NCBI GenBank assembly: GCA_965240325.2
Contig: OZ251248.1
Coordinates: forward strand, 682,001 to 746,000
Direction of reading: 5' to 3'
Length of the DNA stretch: 64,000 bases
Origin: Rebecca billardiae RCC1528
Lineage: Eukaryota > Protista > Haptophyta
The notes under the pieces are model-generated. The model saw only the letters and a list, made by a program, of their open reading frames with translations, was not told the origin of the DNA and did not search any database. The position numbers were made by a program, and so were the translations under genes. Shown in pieces: positions 9,789 to 21,401 of this stretch (positions are counted from its first letter, which is position 1; the number at the start of each line of letters is the position of its first letter).

Positions 9789-11842
9789 TCAGCGCCGCGC
9801 GGTCTCGGCGCGCACGGCGAGCAGCGTCTTGAGCGCCTGCACCCACATCAGCAGCTCCGCCTCCGTCGCCGCGCGCATCCGGTACGGCTTGTTCAGTCCG
9901 CGCAGCTTGATCGCAAACTCGAACTTGTCGATCGGGTCGAGGGCGGCGACGCTCCTGCGCGCGGGGCGGAGCGCGCGCCGGCCGCGCGTGAGCACGCGGC
10001 CAGATGCGGCGGCGCGCGGGGCCTGCGCGGGCGCGCACTCGATGCTGCTCAGCTCCATGAACTTCTTCTCCGCCTCGTCCTCCTCCTCGTCCGCCGACTT
10101 GCGCCAGCACAGCCGGTCCGCCTCAAAGTAGAAGTAGCGCGTGTGCGTCGAGCTGCGCAGCGGCGCGGCGGGCGGGAGGGCGGGCGGGCGGCGCGCGGTC
10201 GGCGGTCGGCGCGCGCGGCCGCTGGGCGCGCCGGCGGCGCGGCGCGCCGCACCCCAGCGCCAGCCGCGCCTTGGGCGACGTCTTCTTGAGGAAGCCGCGC
10301 ACGTTCTGCATCATGCGCGTCGCGAGCTCGTCCGCGCGCCGCTTGGCCGCGTTGTTCCGCGCCGCGGTGCGCGCCGAGCGCTCGAGCGCATCGTTGAGCT
10401 CGGCCGCGGCCATGCCGTCGTACACGTCCACCGGCCGCGGCTCCTCGAGCTCGTCGCGCGCGGAGGTGGTGGCGGCGGCGGCTGCGCGCTGGCGCTCGGC
10501 GTCCGCGTCGCGCTGGCGCTGCGCCTCCGCCTCGCGCGCCGCCGCGTCCGCCCTCGCCTTCTCCGCCGCGCGCACCGCGTCGCGCTCCGCGGCGCGCTCG
10601 CGCGCGGTCATCCGACCCCTGCGGCCGCGGTACCCGGCCTGGATGGCTGAGGCCTGCTGGTGGTAGCCCGTGTTGCGCTCGCGCGTGATGAGGAACATGT
10701 TCACGTAGTACTCGATCTGCGAGGGGCGCAGGTGGCGGCGCGCGCGCGGGGAGGGGGCTCGCGGCTGGGTGAGGCGCACACCGCGCCGCGGCGCGCGCTG
10801 CCGCGCCACGGCCGGCGCGCGGCGCGCGGCCGCGCGCGGCCGCGGCGCGCGCGCTCGGCCGCGCGCGCACCCGCTTTGCGTGCCGCTCCTCCTGCCGGTT
10901 GACGAGCTCGTAGAGCAGGTTCTCGCGCAGCAGCAGCCGCGCGCGCGCGCGCGCCAGCATCCCCCGCGCCATCCGCTGCACGATCACCACCGAGTGCATC
11001 TCCAGCTCGCGCCGCGCCTTCACCTTCCGCGGCGTGACGAAGCCCGCGACCGACTCGAAGCACGAGAGCGCGCGCGGCTGCTTGGACGTGGACGAGGCGA
11101 GCGCGCGCTCGGTGAGCGGGAGCTTGGGGACGGCGGGCAGGCTGGGCGGCTCGTACCCCAGCTCGATCGCCTTCTCCACCTGCCCCGTGCGCACGTAGTA
11201 CGCCACCCACTGCTGCCGCGCCTCCTCGTCGCGCACGTCCTTGTAGTCCTCCCGCTGCTGGTACCCGCGGTAGTGGCGCTGTATTGTGCCCGCGGCCAGC
11301 TCCGTCTCCGTGGTGGGCTCGGTGCCGTCCCAGCCGAAGGCGCGGGCCTGCGCGCGCGCGCGGGCGGGACAAGGGGCGCGCGCGGGCGCGGGCGGCGTGC
11401 ACGCGCGCCGCGTCAGCACGGCCGCGCGCGCGCGTGCGCGCGCGCGCGCAATCAGCGCGCGCCGCGCCACCGCCCGCCGCCCGCGCGCGCGCGCGCGCCA
11501 TGCGGCACGCACCGCCGCGTACTGGCGCGTCTTGACGTAGTAGTTGATCCACTCAATGCGCGCAGCCTCGTCTCGCTCGTCCCTGAACTTGACGCGCCGG
11601 CTCCAGCCGCGGTACTGCGCCTGGATGACGACGGCGGCCGCATCGTCATCAGTGATCGGCCGCCGCTCGGAGGGCTCGACGTGCGCGCTCTGCTCGGCGC
11701 CGCTGACGGGCTCGCCGTCCCAGCCGAGCGCGCGCGCCGACGCGAAGTCGCCAATATCCACGTAGTACTTCACCCACTCTTTCCGCGCGTACTCCTCCGC
11801 GTCGTCCCCCCGAGGCGCCGTGGTTGCCGAGGCGTCGGCCAT
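9789..11842 (-). CDS. Multi-IQ-motif protein with C-terminal PH domain
   Basis: Exons 11842-11513, 11347-10871, 10716-10253, 10152-10039 and 9954-9789 give 1551 nt (516 aa). IQ motifs: IQAQYRGW, IQRHYRGY, VQRMARGM, IQAGYRGR. PH signature: RGFLKKTSP...RYFYF...YRMRAATEAELLMWVQAL. The start codon is uncertain. Confidence 0.8.
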
Positions 11843-13026
11843 CTCTGCCCTTGCCACAGGCTGCACACAGGCTGACCGCTCCGCTTGGGGCTCAGTTTTC
11901 GATGCGCGATGCTTTGCGGCGTGGAGCCGTGGGAGCAGTTCACTTGATGGGTCCTTTGGTAGTAGGCGAGCTGAACGCCACCGAGATGCGCGCCGGCCTT
12001 TTTCGATCGGTCCGGTAGTACGCCGCGGACAACGTCACCGTTGGCGTCCAGCCGGATGTTCGCCGCAGTGCTCCCCTGCGAGGGCGCATTGCCCACAGCA
12101 AGACCGCCACGACGTGGGCGTGCCCACTCTGCGTCGGCGTGCGCGCAAGCTCAAGCAGTGCTACGGTGCCACGTCGCGCGCTTGTGTAGCGCACGTGCGC
12201 GGCACGCGCATGGCAGGCGCACACGGGCGCGTGCTCTGCATGGCGAGTCGAGGCCGAGACCAAGCGCGTGCGCGAGGGACGGAGCGCGCAGTGCGTGCGC
12301 GACGAGCGCGAGCGCCAAGCCAACCTGCCGCCAGCCGATCGCGAGGCACTGGAGCGGCATCGGCGGGCGTTTCAGCGGGAGATGGACGCAAGCGAAGCGC
12401 GCATCGTGGGCGGCGGCGCAGATCTGTGAGATGCGCGCCTGCGCGCGCCGGGTGGCCGCACGCCGGCCTGCGTCTCGGCCCCGCCATCGCGCCCCTGATC
12501 ACGGCCTGCAGGCTGCAGCAGGCAGCGGACAGCGGTACAGCGTGCATTCGATCCATCCCGCCCATTTCTGATTTCAATGCTGTGCCGGCCGCGCGGCTCT
12601 GCTCATCCTGGCTGGCTCATCTGAGTGTGACACCTGTCGCGAGAGGACGACGGTGTGCGTGTCACCGGTGCCCACAGGCTGCACTCAGCAGCGGGGTCGT
12701 CGTCGCACACAAGCATTATGAACCGGTCAGCCCAGCGCAGGCGGCCAGCTCTTCATGCGGTCATGCCCGCGAGCATTGAGCAAGGGGGGCACCTCAGCTC
12801 CGGCTTCCAACCGAGGGTGTCCTACAGTTTATTTGTTTTAACGTGCGTAAGGCTCACGGTGGCAGGTTGCCGCGCCATCCTTCATCGCACGCTCTCCGAA
12901 GAGAGACCTGGTACTGTCCTGGCAGTGGCTCCGGCTCCGCTGAGGCGCTGACGGCCTGACGCAGAAGATCTTCACTCTTCACTCTTCAGATCTTGGTCGC
13001 AGCTTGGAGCTGCAACTGCCGCCAGC

Positions 13027-14085
13027 ATGGCTGCCGCCTGCGCGTGGTGCGGCAAGGCAAGCGGCAGCGCAGAGGAGATCGTGACGAAGGAGGGCTGGCT
13101 CGAGCGCGAGGCGCTGCTCAAGTGCTCGGCATGCCACTCGATCGCCTATTGCACGCGCGCCTGCCAGAAGCGGCACTGGTCGCTGCATCGGCGCGAGTGC
13201 GCGCAGCTGCGCGCCAAGTGGGTGGCGGGCGAGGCGACGCGCAAGGCCGAGCGCGACCGCGCGGCGGAGGCGCGCCGCGCCGAGCTCGAGCGCGACGTGG
13301 CGCTCGTGCGCACAATCATCGCCGACTTCGAGGCCGGCGTCGAGCGCCTCGACCCCTCCGCCTCCGTCCGATGGTCGCAGAAGCGGCCGGGGCGCATCGA
13401 GATCGTCGAGGTCTGGCTGCACGGCAAGAAGTACGCGGGCTTCGAGACGGTGACGAAGCACTCGAGCGCGGAGGCGCTGGTCAAGTCGTGCGAGTTCCGC
13501 GTCGCGACGGGCACCGTGGGCTACGGCTGCCCGTGCCACGGCTTCAACCTCATGCTCATGAACTCGCAGGCCGCGTCCAACCAGTCGTGGGCGCCGTGCC
13601 CATTTGGCGGCGCGGGCGCGGCGGCGCGCCGCCCGCTCGCGCCGGCGAGCTTCGCGGGGAACCAGATGGGTGTGCTCGGCGTGGGCGGCGTGGTGCGCTC
13701 GCAGCCGCCGGCGGATGCCCTCGGTGTCGCGCCCGGCTTCGCGCCGTGCACCTTCTCGTGCGAGCCGTGCGATCCAGAGGAGGCGGCGCGCGCCGGGCTG
13801 GGCGCGCCGGCCGCGCCGCTCGTCGCCGTGGGCGGCGGCGGCACCGCGGGGCCGCAGCTGTGCGCGGCGGAGGCGCAGGGGCTGGCGTGCCCGGCGGAGG
13901 CGCAGGGGCTGGCGTGCCCCGCGGAGGTGGACTCGGCCGCGCCACTCGCGCCGCCGAGCTGGCTCGGCGCCGTGAACGGCTTCTCCTGCACGCCGTGTGA
14001 CCCGGACGAGGAGGCCGCGCTCGCCAGGCGGCTCGACGCGCAGATGGGCCGCAGCGGGCAGGGGCCGATCAAGCTCAGGTTGTAG
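13027..14085 (+). CDS. MYND zinc-finger protein
   Basis: N-terminal CAWC...KCSACHSIAYCTRACQKRHWSLHRREC matches the MYND pattern. Single-exon ORF of 352 aa with a duplicated FSC(E/T)PCDP(D)EEAA motif in the tail. Confidence 0.8.
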   Translation: MAAACAWCGKASGSAEEIVTKEGWLEREALLKCSACHSIAYCTRACQKRHWSLHRRECAQLRAKWVAGEATRKAERDRAAEARRAELERDVALVRTIIADFEAGVERLDPSASVRWSQKRPGRIEIVEVWLHGKKYAGFETVTKHSSAEALVKSCEFRVATGTVGYGCPCHGFNLMLMNSQAASNQSWAPCPFGGAGAAARRPLAPASFAGNQMGVLGVGGVVRSQPPADALGVAPGFAPCTFSCEPCDPEEAARAGLGAPAAPLVAVGGGGTAGPQLCAAEAQGLACPAEAQGLACPAEVDSAAPLAPPSWLGAVNGFSCTPCDPDEEAALARRLDAQMGRSGQGPIKLRL

Positions 14086-14290
14086 CCGAGCGCGACGCGG
14101 CGTCTGCTGTGAGCGGTGTGTGCGGCGCGCCTCGTGGCCGCTGCGCCGAGCCGCACCCGTGTCCGTGACCCGACGACGACGGGATTCACCGTTCAGTCCG
14201 TTCACGACTCGCGGTTTGCGTCATTACTTGTTGCAGCAGCCGATCTATCCAGCTTACCGTACGTATATACCGACTGTTACAGTATGCCAG

Positions 14291-14294
<4 letters not shown>

Positions 14295-14336
<42 letters not shown>
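14295..14336. repeat. (AG)n microsatellite
   Basis: About 21 perfect AG units. Confidence 0.95.
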
Positions 14337-14340
<4 letters not shown>

Positions 14341-15126
14341 TTATTCACAGTAAAGAAATCGATTTTCGGCGTTACCGTAACCCGTCCGCACTTCCGCCCA
14401 GTGGGGATGCGGGGGATTTTTTTTCATGCCGCGTTCGCGGCACTTCGCGCCGCATTATAATAACTCAGGCCGGGCTGGCAGGTCACCGTGGCATCGTCAG
14501 GTCCGTTACTAAACCGTTACACGATGAAATAGTCATACTCTTCTGAGTCATCATCACGACGGCCACGCATTCTGATGAGACGCACTGAATCTGATGATGC
14601 CAAATAAATGACAGCCAATTCAGCGGGCAATATCGCCATCATGCTGCATGCTGTGCACAGTGTCAAGCACAGTCACACCCGTTGTCGTGACATGTTACTT
14701 TACGACTTACTCAGATTATTGCCGCTGACGATAGGTCATCGCAGTGTGTGACCTCGTAACGAGTAACCACGAGCGCTACTACTATGCCTAATGGGGGTAG
14801 CTAGTAACTTGAACCGTCGGATCCCACGGGCTTCGGCCTGCTGCCCGCCCGCACTGCTGGCTGGTGAGCACGCGTTCGGCTTTCGGCCTGGCTGGTTGCG
14901 TGCGGTCCTGGTCGGGTCAGGAAGCATCCACGCCGATCCCGGAAGCGGGAAGGCATCCGAAAAAGGGATCTTCTGGTCTTCGCGAGCTGTCGTCTGTCGA
15001 GCTGGAATGGCCGGATGCATCATGAATGATGATGACGCAGCGCGCTGCTTTGGAGCCTTGGTCAGCTTTGCGGCGGGGGCGGGCATCTGACGGCTGGCGG
15101 CCACGGGCACACGGCCGCCAATCACC

Positions 15127-18100
15127 ATGGCGACCGAGGAGCTGACGCAGATGAGCGTGCTGGACGAGGCGGCGCTCACGTCGAACCTGAAGTCGATGTT
15201 CGAGAAGGGCGTGGTCTACTCGCGAGCCGGCCGGCTGCTCGTCAGCCTCAACCCCTTCCGCGAGCTCCCGCTGTACGGCGAGAAGAAGCTCGAGGCGTAC
15301 CGCACGGCGGTCAACGCGGGCGCGCTGCCGCCGCACATCTACGGCGTGGCGGCGGAGGCGCACGCGCGGCTGCTCGAGCGCGGGCGCAGCCAGACGATCG
15401 TCATCTCCGGCGAGAGCGGCGCGGGCAAGACCGAGAACGCCAAGTTTGTCATCCAGTACCTCGCGGCGGCGCTCGCGCCACCGCCGCCCGCCGCCGCGCC
15501 CGGCGGCAGTGCGAAGGGCAAGCTCGCGGCGCCGCCGACGGCGTCGTTCCACGCGCGCCTGCTGCGCTCGAACCCGCTGCTCGAGGCGTTCGGCTGCGCG
15601 CACACCGAGCACAACGTCAACTCGAGCCGGTACGGCAAGTTTGTCGAGCTGCGGTTTGACCGCACGGGCAAGATGGCGGAGGCGCGCATCACCACCTACC
15701 TGCTCGAGAAGAGCCGCGTGGTGCAGCACGGCAAGCACGAGCGCGCGTTCACGGCGATGCACACGCTCGTGGCGGGCTGCACCAAGAAGGAGGCCACCGA
15801 GCTCTCGCTCTCCTCCAAGAAGTTTGCGTACCTCGACGGCGGCGCGCGCGCGGCGTCCGACGACGCAAAGGTGCACAAGGGCGTGCGCGAAGCCTTCGAT
15901 TCGCTCGGCGTGCCGGCGGCGGAGCAGGCGGAGGTGTGGACGCTGGTGGCGGCGGTGCTGCACTGTGGGAACGTCGGGATGGCCGACGCGAAGGGCGCCG
16001 CCTCCGCCGACGCCGGCGCCGCCATCGCCGACGCCAACTCGAAGAAGGCGCTCGGCGTCGCCGCGTCCCTGCTCGGCGTCGACCTCGAGCAGCTGACGGA
16101 CGCGCTGCTCAAGCAGCGCATGCGCGCGGGCACGGAGTGGGTGACGCGCTCGCACTCGAAGGAGGAGGCGCTCGCGGCGCGCGACGCGCTGGCGAAGGCG
16201 CTGTACGCGCGCCTCTTCGACTGGCTCGTCCGCCGCATCTCCGACTCGCTGCAGGCCGACTCGGCGGCCGCGGCCGCGGCCGTCGCCGAGGGCCGCTCGC
16301 CTGCGCGCGCGGCCGCGTCGCCGCTGCTCGGCCCCGCCGACGGCCTGCTCAGCCCGGGCGCGGAGGGCGGCGCGCGGAGCGCGCGGCTGAGCAGCACCGC
16401 GCGCGGCGCGCCGCACCTCTTCATCGGCATCGTCGACATCTTCGGCTTCGAGGTCTTCCAGACCAACTCGCTCGAGCAGCTGTGCATCAACTACGCCAAC
16501 GAGCGGCTGCAGCGGCTCTTTGTGGCCGTGGTGATTGAGGAGGCGCAGGCGCAGTACAAGGCGGAGGGGATCAAGGTGGAGGCGGTCGAGTTCGAGCACG
16601 GCGCGGGGACGCAGCGGTGCCTCGAGCTGCTCGAGGCCAAGCCCGCCGGCGTGCTCCCCCTCCTCGCCGAGGAGTGCATCCTGCGCACCGGCTCGGACAA
16701 GGGGCTGCTCGAGAAGCTGAGCGCGGCGCACGTGGCCAACGACCGCTACGTGATGCGCCGCGACGCGCCCACCGCCTTCGTCGTGAAGCACTTCGCGCGC
16801 GACGTGGAGTACGGCATCGAGGGGTTCCTGATCAAGAACAAGGACCCGCTCTCGCAGAACGTCGCCGTGCTCATGCAGAAGTCGAGCCGCGCGCTCGTCG
16901 CCACGCTCTTTGCGCCCAACGGGCCGGACGAGCCGGGCGCCACCAAGCCGCCGCCGCCCGCGGCGGGCGGCGCGCGGCTCGCGCGCTCCGCGTCCTTCCA
17001 GCGCACGACGCGGCGCGGCGCGGGCGCGAGCTCGCGCTTCGCTGGCGTCGCCGACCAGTTCTCCGTCTCCCTCGCCTCGCTCATGCGCACCATCGGCGCC
17101 TCCGACGTCTCCTTTGTCCGCTGCTTCCGCCCCAACGGCGCGCAGCACCCGAAGAAGTTCGAACCGGAGCTTGTGGGCTCTCAGCTCGCGACGAGCGGGC
17201 TGGTGCACGCGATCAAGCTGGCGCGCAGCGCGTACCCGGGTGCGCGCCTCCCGCCCGCGCGCCCGCCCGCTCGGCCGCGCGCGGCCGCGCACCTCGCTTC
17301 CCCGCCCGCCGCGCGGCCGCCTCGTCGGCTTGGAGGCTTACTTGCCGCGCGCGCGCGTGCCCGCATGCCGCGCCGCACCGCGCCGCGCACCGCCCCAGAC
17401 TCGCTGCCGCACGCCGAGGTGGCGAGTAGGTACGGCCTGCTGCTCGACGCGAAGGCGCGCTCCGAGCCGACGAAGAAGGGGATCGCCTCGATGCTCGGCG
17501 CGCTCGGCGTCTCCGACAAGCAGTACGCGCTCGGCAACACGCGCACCTTCTTCAAGGCGGGCGCGCTGAGTGCCCTCGAGGAGAAGCGAGGCGTGGCGAT
17601 GGCGGCCGCGGCCGAGGTGCTCGCGCGCATGTGCCGCGGGCTGATCGCGAGGCGGATGGTGGCGAAGCTGCGCAACGCGGCGGCGGAGCGCGCGGCGGAG
17701 GAGGCGATCGAGCGCCAGCGCCGCGAGGAGGAGGAGGCGGCGAAGCGCGAGAAGGAGAAGGAGGCCTCGCTCTTGTGCGCGCGCGGCCCACCGCGCGCAG
17801 CTAGCCCACCGCGCGCCGACCGCGCGCCGCGCGCCGCGCGCCGCTGCGCGCCGCCGCCGGCACCACCGCCGCGCGTCGCCACCCGCTCACCGCGCACGCG
17901 TGGCCCCTGTTCCGCCCTCCGCCTCGCCGCCTCGCAGCGCGGAGCAGGAGGCGCTGCTGCGCAAGGCGCAGGCGCAGCTCGAGGCGGACGCCAAGGCCGG
18001 CAAGCCGCTCAGCAGCGGCGGCAAGGGCGCCGCCGGCGCGAGGCGCGCGGAGGCGGGCGCGCGCCGCTCGAGCGACGAGCTGCCGCGCGTGCTGCGCGAC

Positions 18101-19087
18101 CAGGAAGGCGCGGGCGACGCGGAGGGGGCGCCGTCCGCGCCGCTCGACCCGTCCGAGGTGGGCATCTCGTTCAAGCAGGTGATGGCGTCGTACACGCTGA
18201 TGCTGCCGCACGCGCCCGAGGGGCAGAAGCTCTCGGCCGGCGCCAAGCGGCTCGCCGCGTCCGGGCTGCTCGGCCAGCTGCCGCTGCACGCGGCGGGCGA
18301 GGAGCTGCTGCGGTACGCGGAGTACATCGGGATGGACGCGGAGCGCGACTGGCAGCTGCTCTGGATCGCGGACGAGGCGCTGCACACGCCCGCGCCGCCC
18401 GGCTGGCACGAGGAGCGCGACCCGACCGGCGGCACCTACTTCAAGAACGTGGTGACCGAGGACGTTTCCGAGCAACATCCGAACACGTGGTCGTACCAGC
18501 AGCTCTACTTCCACGAGCGGCTGCAGCTGCTGCGCCAGCTCGCGCCGCACACGCTCACGCGCGAGGACCTCGACGCGCTCGAGCAGGGCAGCCCCTCCAC
18601 CTTCCGCGCGTCCGTGCTGTACAACTTTGGCGCCGAGGAGGCGGGCGAGATGAGCGTGCGGCAGGGAGACGTTCTGACGGTGCTCGCGGGCGAGGTCGCG
18701 CCCGAGGGCTGGTGGCAGGCGGCGTACTACAGGCCGGGGCGCGCGCCCAAGGGCGAGGTGGGGCTGGTGCCGCAGGCGTACGTGCAGGAGACGGTCACCG
18801 TGTACGCCGAGCAGGACGGCTCGCCCATCTCGCCCCGCTGGCCCCCGCGCCCCCCCGGCGCGTCCAAGGGCAAGGCCGCCGCCGTCCCGCGCACCCCGCC
18901 GCCCGAGTCCGCCAAGCAGAAGCTCGACTTCTCGCCCGGGGCCGGCGCGGGGAAGGGCCCGGCCGCGCCCGCCGCCCAGGCCGCCTCAAGCAACGCGCCG
19001 CAGCCGAGCGCCGCCGCAGCCGCGCCCGCCGCCGCGGAGGACGCCGAGCCCAAGGGATCCGGATGCGTCGGCTGCGCCGTGCAATAA
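15127..19087 (+). CDS. Unconventional myosin: motor, one IQ-like motif, charged helix, CEP164-like WW module, SH3, CaaX
   Basis: P-loop GESGAGKT, switch I NSSRYGK, switch II DIFGFE and LEQLCINYANERLQ. Exons 15127-17239, 17399-17774 and 17938-19087 give 3639 nt (1212 aa). The tail has a WW domain (PPGWHEERDPTGGTYFKN...QHP) and an SH3 domain (VLYNF...GWW...GLVPQAYV), and ends in GCVGCAVQ*. Confidence 0.93.
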
Positions 19088-19739
19088 TAGCCCGAGCACG
19101 CGCGCGCGCGCGTTCGGTGCTGACGCGCGCGCCTCTGGCTGCCAGGCCGCCGGGGCCACGCTCGCCCATCGACGGCAGGAAGCCGCGCCCGCGTGGTGCT
19201 GCGCGCGGCCTGCTGGGGGGCCCTCTCTTCGGGCATGGCTTCATACGCGACTGCTGTGAGTGCGGCGTAGTAGCGCAGTCGTGAAGTCGTCGTCGTCGTG
19301 TCGTTTTATTTATATTAGATGATGCGCAGTATAGCATCGCAGCCAGTTGCTGATGTCGCCACTGCGCTAATGTGATCATCTGCAGATTCTGCAGTAGCAG
19401 CTTATTAGTCGTCGCATTGATGCTGGCGCGCTAACTACATCACCTGGCTCGCTGCCCGGCTCAACTGAGACTACGAGTACGACCGTGCCGCTGCACCAGT
19501 GCCGCGGCTGTCCGTGTGACCGCCCGGGCCCGCGGCCGCCGCGCAGTATATATAGCGCAGGCGGTCGCTCCGCGCGATCATCATCGTCGTATATCAGCAG
19601 CGCATCATCATCGATCATCATATCATCATCTGCATCATGTTGATCATCATCAGCGTCGCATCAGTCAGCAGCATATATCGTCAGCACTGCTAATCTGTAA
19701 TCAGCAGCGCAGCGCGGCGGCGCGTCATACGACCGATCA

Positions 19740-21356
19740 TCACTCGAAGAACGCCATCGTCTCCTCCACCGTCACGCCACGCTTGAGCACGCGCAGCGTG
19801 CCATGCACGTCCGCCTCCTCGAAGCCGAGGATGGGCGGCAGCTGGCGCGAGTTGTAGAAGCAGAAGCCCGAGATGGCGTAGCTGCCCTGGTCGTGCAGCA
19901 GCGCGTAGTCGCCGCGCCGCGCGAGCGGCATGGCGCGGCGGTGCGCGACGACGTCGCCCGCGATGCAGCACGGCCCGGCGAGGTCCTGCCGCGGGCGCGG
20001 CTCGTCCTCCGCGCGCAGCCGCCCGTCCGCGTCGCACACGGACACGCGCATGCGCCAGTTGGCCGGCTCCCAGACGTACCGCGTGAAAAGATCGGCGCCG
20101 CCGTGGATGGCGGCGACGTTGCGCCCGCCCGCGCTCTTGTTGTACTCGACGCGCGCGGCGAAGAAGCCGGGCTTCGCGTTGTACCGCCGGCCGAACTCGG
20201 TGAGCACGGTGAACTCGCCGCTGAACAGCTCGGGCACGCCCTCGCGCAGCAGCCGCGCGTACTCGGCGAACGGCACGGCCGAGTCGCCGAGCGCGTCCGC
20301 CTCCGAGTCGAAGTTGACCGAGAGGCCGCCGCCGATGTCGACGAAGGCGATGCGCGGGCGGGTGGGCGTGCCGTGCCGCCGGTTCACCTCGAGCGCGAGG
20401 TCGACCGCGCGGCGCACGCCCTGCACGTGCAGCTGCGGCGCGATGCCCTGGCTGCCCACGTGCACGTGCACGCCGCTCAGCCACTCGTGCGCCCCGAACG
20501 CGGCCAGGATCTCCTCGCGCTGGTCGTGGCCCACGCCGAACTTGGAGGAGGCGCCCGCGGTGGAGAAGATGTGCATCGAGCCCGTGCCCACCTGCGGGTT
20601 CAGCCGCACGCCCACGCGCGGGCGCGGGTGCGCCGCCCCATCCGCGCGCAGCTGCTCCAGCACCTCCGCGAGCACGCCCAGCTCCTGCAGGTTGTCCACG
20701 TTGATGTACACGCCCGCGCGCACCGCGGCGTCGAGCTCGGTGCGGCGCTTGACGGGCGAGTCGAAGACGATACGCGCCGGGTCCGCGCACGCGCGCAGGC
20801 TCTGGTGCAGCTCGCCCATCGACGCCGCCTCGAAGCCGATCCCCTCCCGCTCCGCGAGCCGCATGAGCGGCAGCACGTTGTTCGACTTGACGGCCATCGC
20901 GTGCACCCAGTGCGGCGGGAAGGCCGCGCGCACGGCGGCCATCTGCGCGCGGTACGCCGTCAGGTTGTACATCAGCGCGAGCGGCTCGTGCTCGCCCAGC
21001 AGCCCGCGCGAGATCGCCGCGCGCAGCGCGTCTTCTTTCCACCACCAACAGCCTCCCGCACCCGGCTCGAGCGCGCTCGCGCCGCGCTCGAGTCGGCGCT
21101 GCGGGTCGGCGAGAGGGTCGTGGCCATCGGCGCCTGGCTCGAAGGTCGAGGGCATCGCCGCGGCGGCTGAGGACGTCGCGGCGCGTGCGGCGCTCAGCGC
21201 CGATCGAGGGATCGATCGACCGCAGGCCGCCGCCAGGCGCGTCGCCGCGGCGGCTGAGGACGTCGCGGCGCGTGCGGTGCTCAGCGCCGATCGAGGGATC
21301 GATCGACCCCAGGCCGCCGCCAGTGACATTCGCGTCGCGTCGTCGCGTCGATTCAT
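19740..21356 (-). CDS. lysA: Diaminopimelate decarboxylase (fold-type III PLP decarboxylase)
   Basis: PLP-lysine motif AMAVKSN, plus FEAASMGE, SKFGV, HVHVGSQ, DIGGG, EFGR, GPCC..GD and GSY. Intronless. The start could be ATG 21356, the next in-frame ATG, or 21155. Substrate assignment within the family is by resemblance. Confidence 0.8.
   Translation of the reverse strand: MNRRDDATRMSLAAAWGRSIPRSALSTARAATSSAAAATRLAAACGRSIPRSALSAARAATSSAAAAMPSTFEPGADGHDPLADPQRRLERGASALEPGAGGCWWWKEDALRAAISRGLLGEHEPLALMYNLTAYRAQMAAVRAAFPPHWVHAMAVKSNNVLPLMRLAEREGIGFEAASMGELHQSLRACADPARIVFDSPVKRRTELDAAVRAGVYINVDNLQELGVLAEVLEQLRADGAAHPRPRVGVRLNPQVGTGSMHIFSTAGASSKFGVGHDQREEILAAFGAHEWLSGVHVHVGSQGIAPQLHVQGVRRAVDLALEVNRRHGTPTRPRIAFVDIGGGLSVNFDSEADALGDSAVPFAEYARLLREGVPELFSGEFTVLTEFGRRYNAKPGFFAARVEYNKSAGGRNVAAIHGGADLFTRYVWEPANWRMRVSVCDADGRLRAEDEPRPRQDLAGPCCIAGDVVAHRRAMPLARRGDYALLHDQGSYAISGFCFYNSRQLPPILGFEEADVHGTLRVLKRGVTVEETMAFFE
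21155..21323 (-). repeat. Two-copy 87-bp in-frame tandem duplication in the lysA N-terminal extension
   Basis: LAAA(W/C)GRSIPRSALS(T/A)ARAATSSAAAA occurs twice with an 87-nt period. Confidence 0.9.
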
Positions 21357-21401
21357 TCGTCCGGCCGGCCGCGGACGGGCGATGCCGAGCTACCGCGCCA
21401 C

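Noticed and set aside
11770-12096. Apparent myristoylation start MGNAPS for the IQ-PH gene
   Set aside because: The first codon is GTG, not ATG. A splice at 11943-11861 would be in frame, but no ATG supports this start.
14345-14520. CACAGTAAAGAAA as a CACTA/EnSpm-like terminus
   Set aside because: I found no matching inverted terminus or TSD in the window.
6050-19087. PDE, IQ-PH, MYND and myosin as a co-regulated signalling cluster
   Set aside because: Adjacency alone is not evidence in a eukaryote, and I saw no shared regulatory motif.
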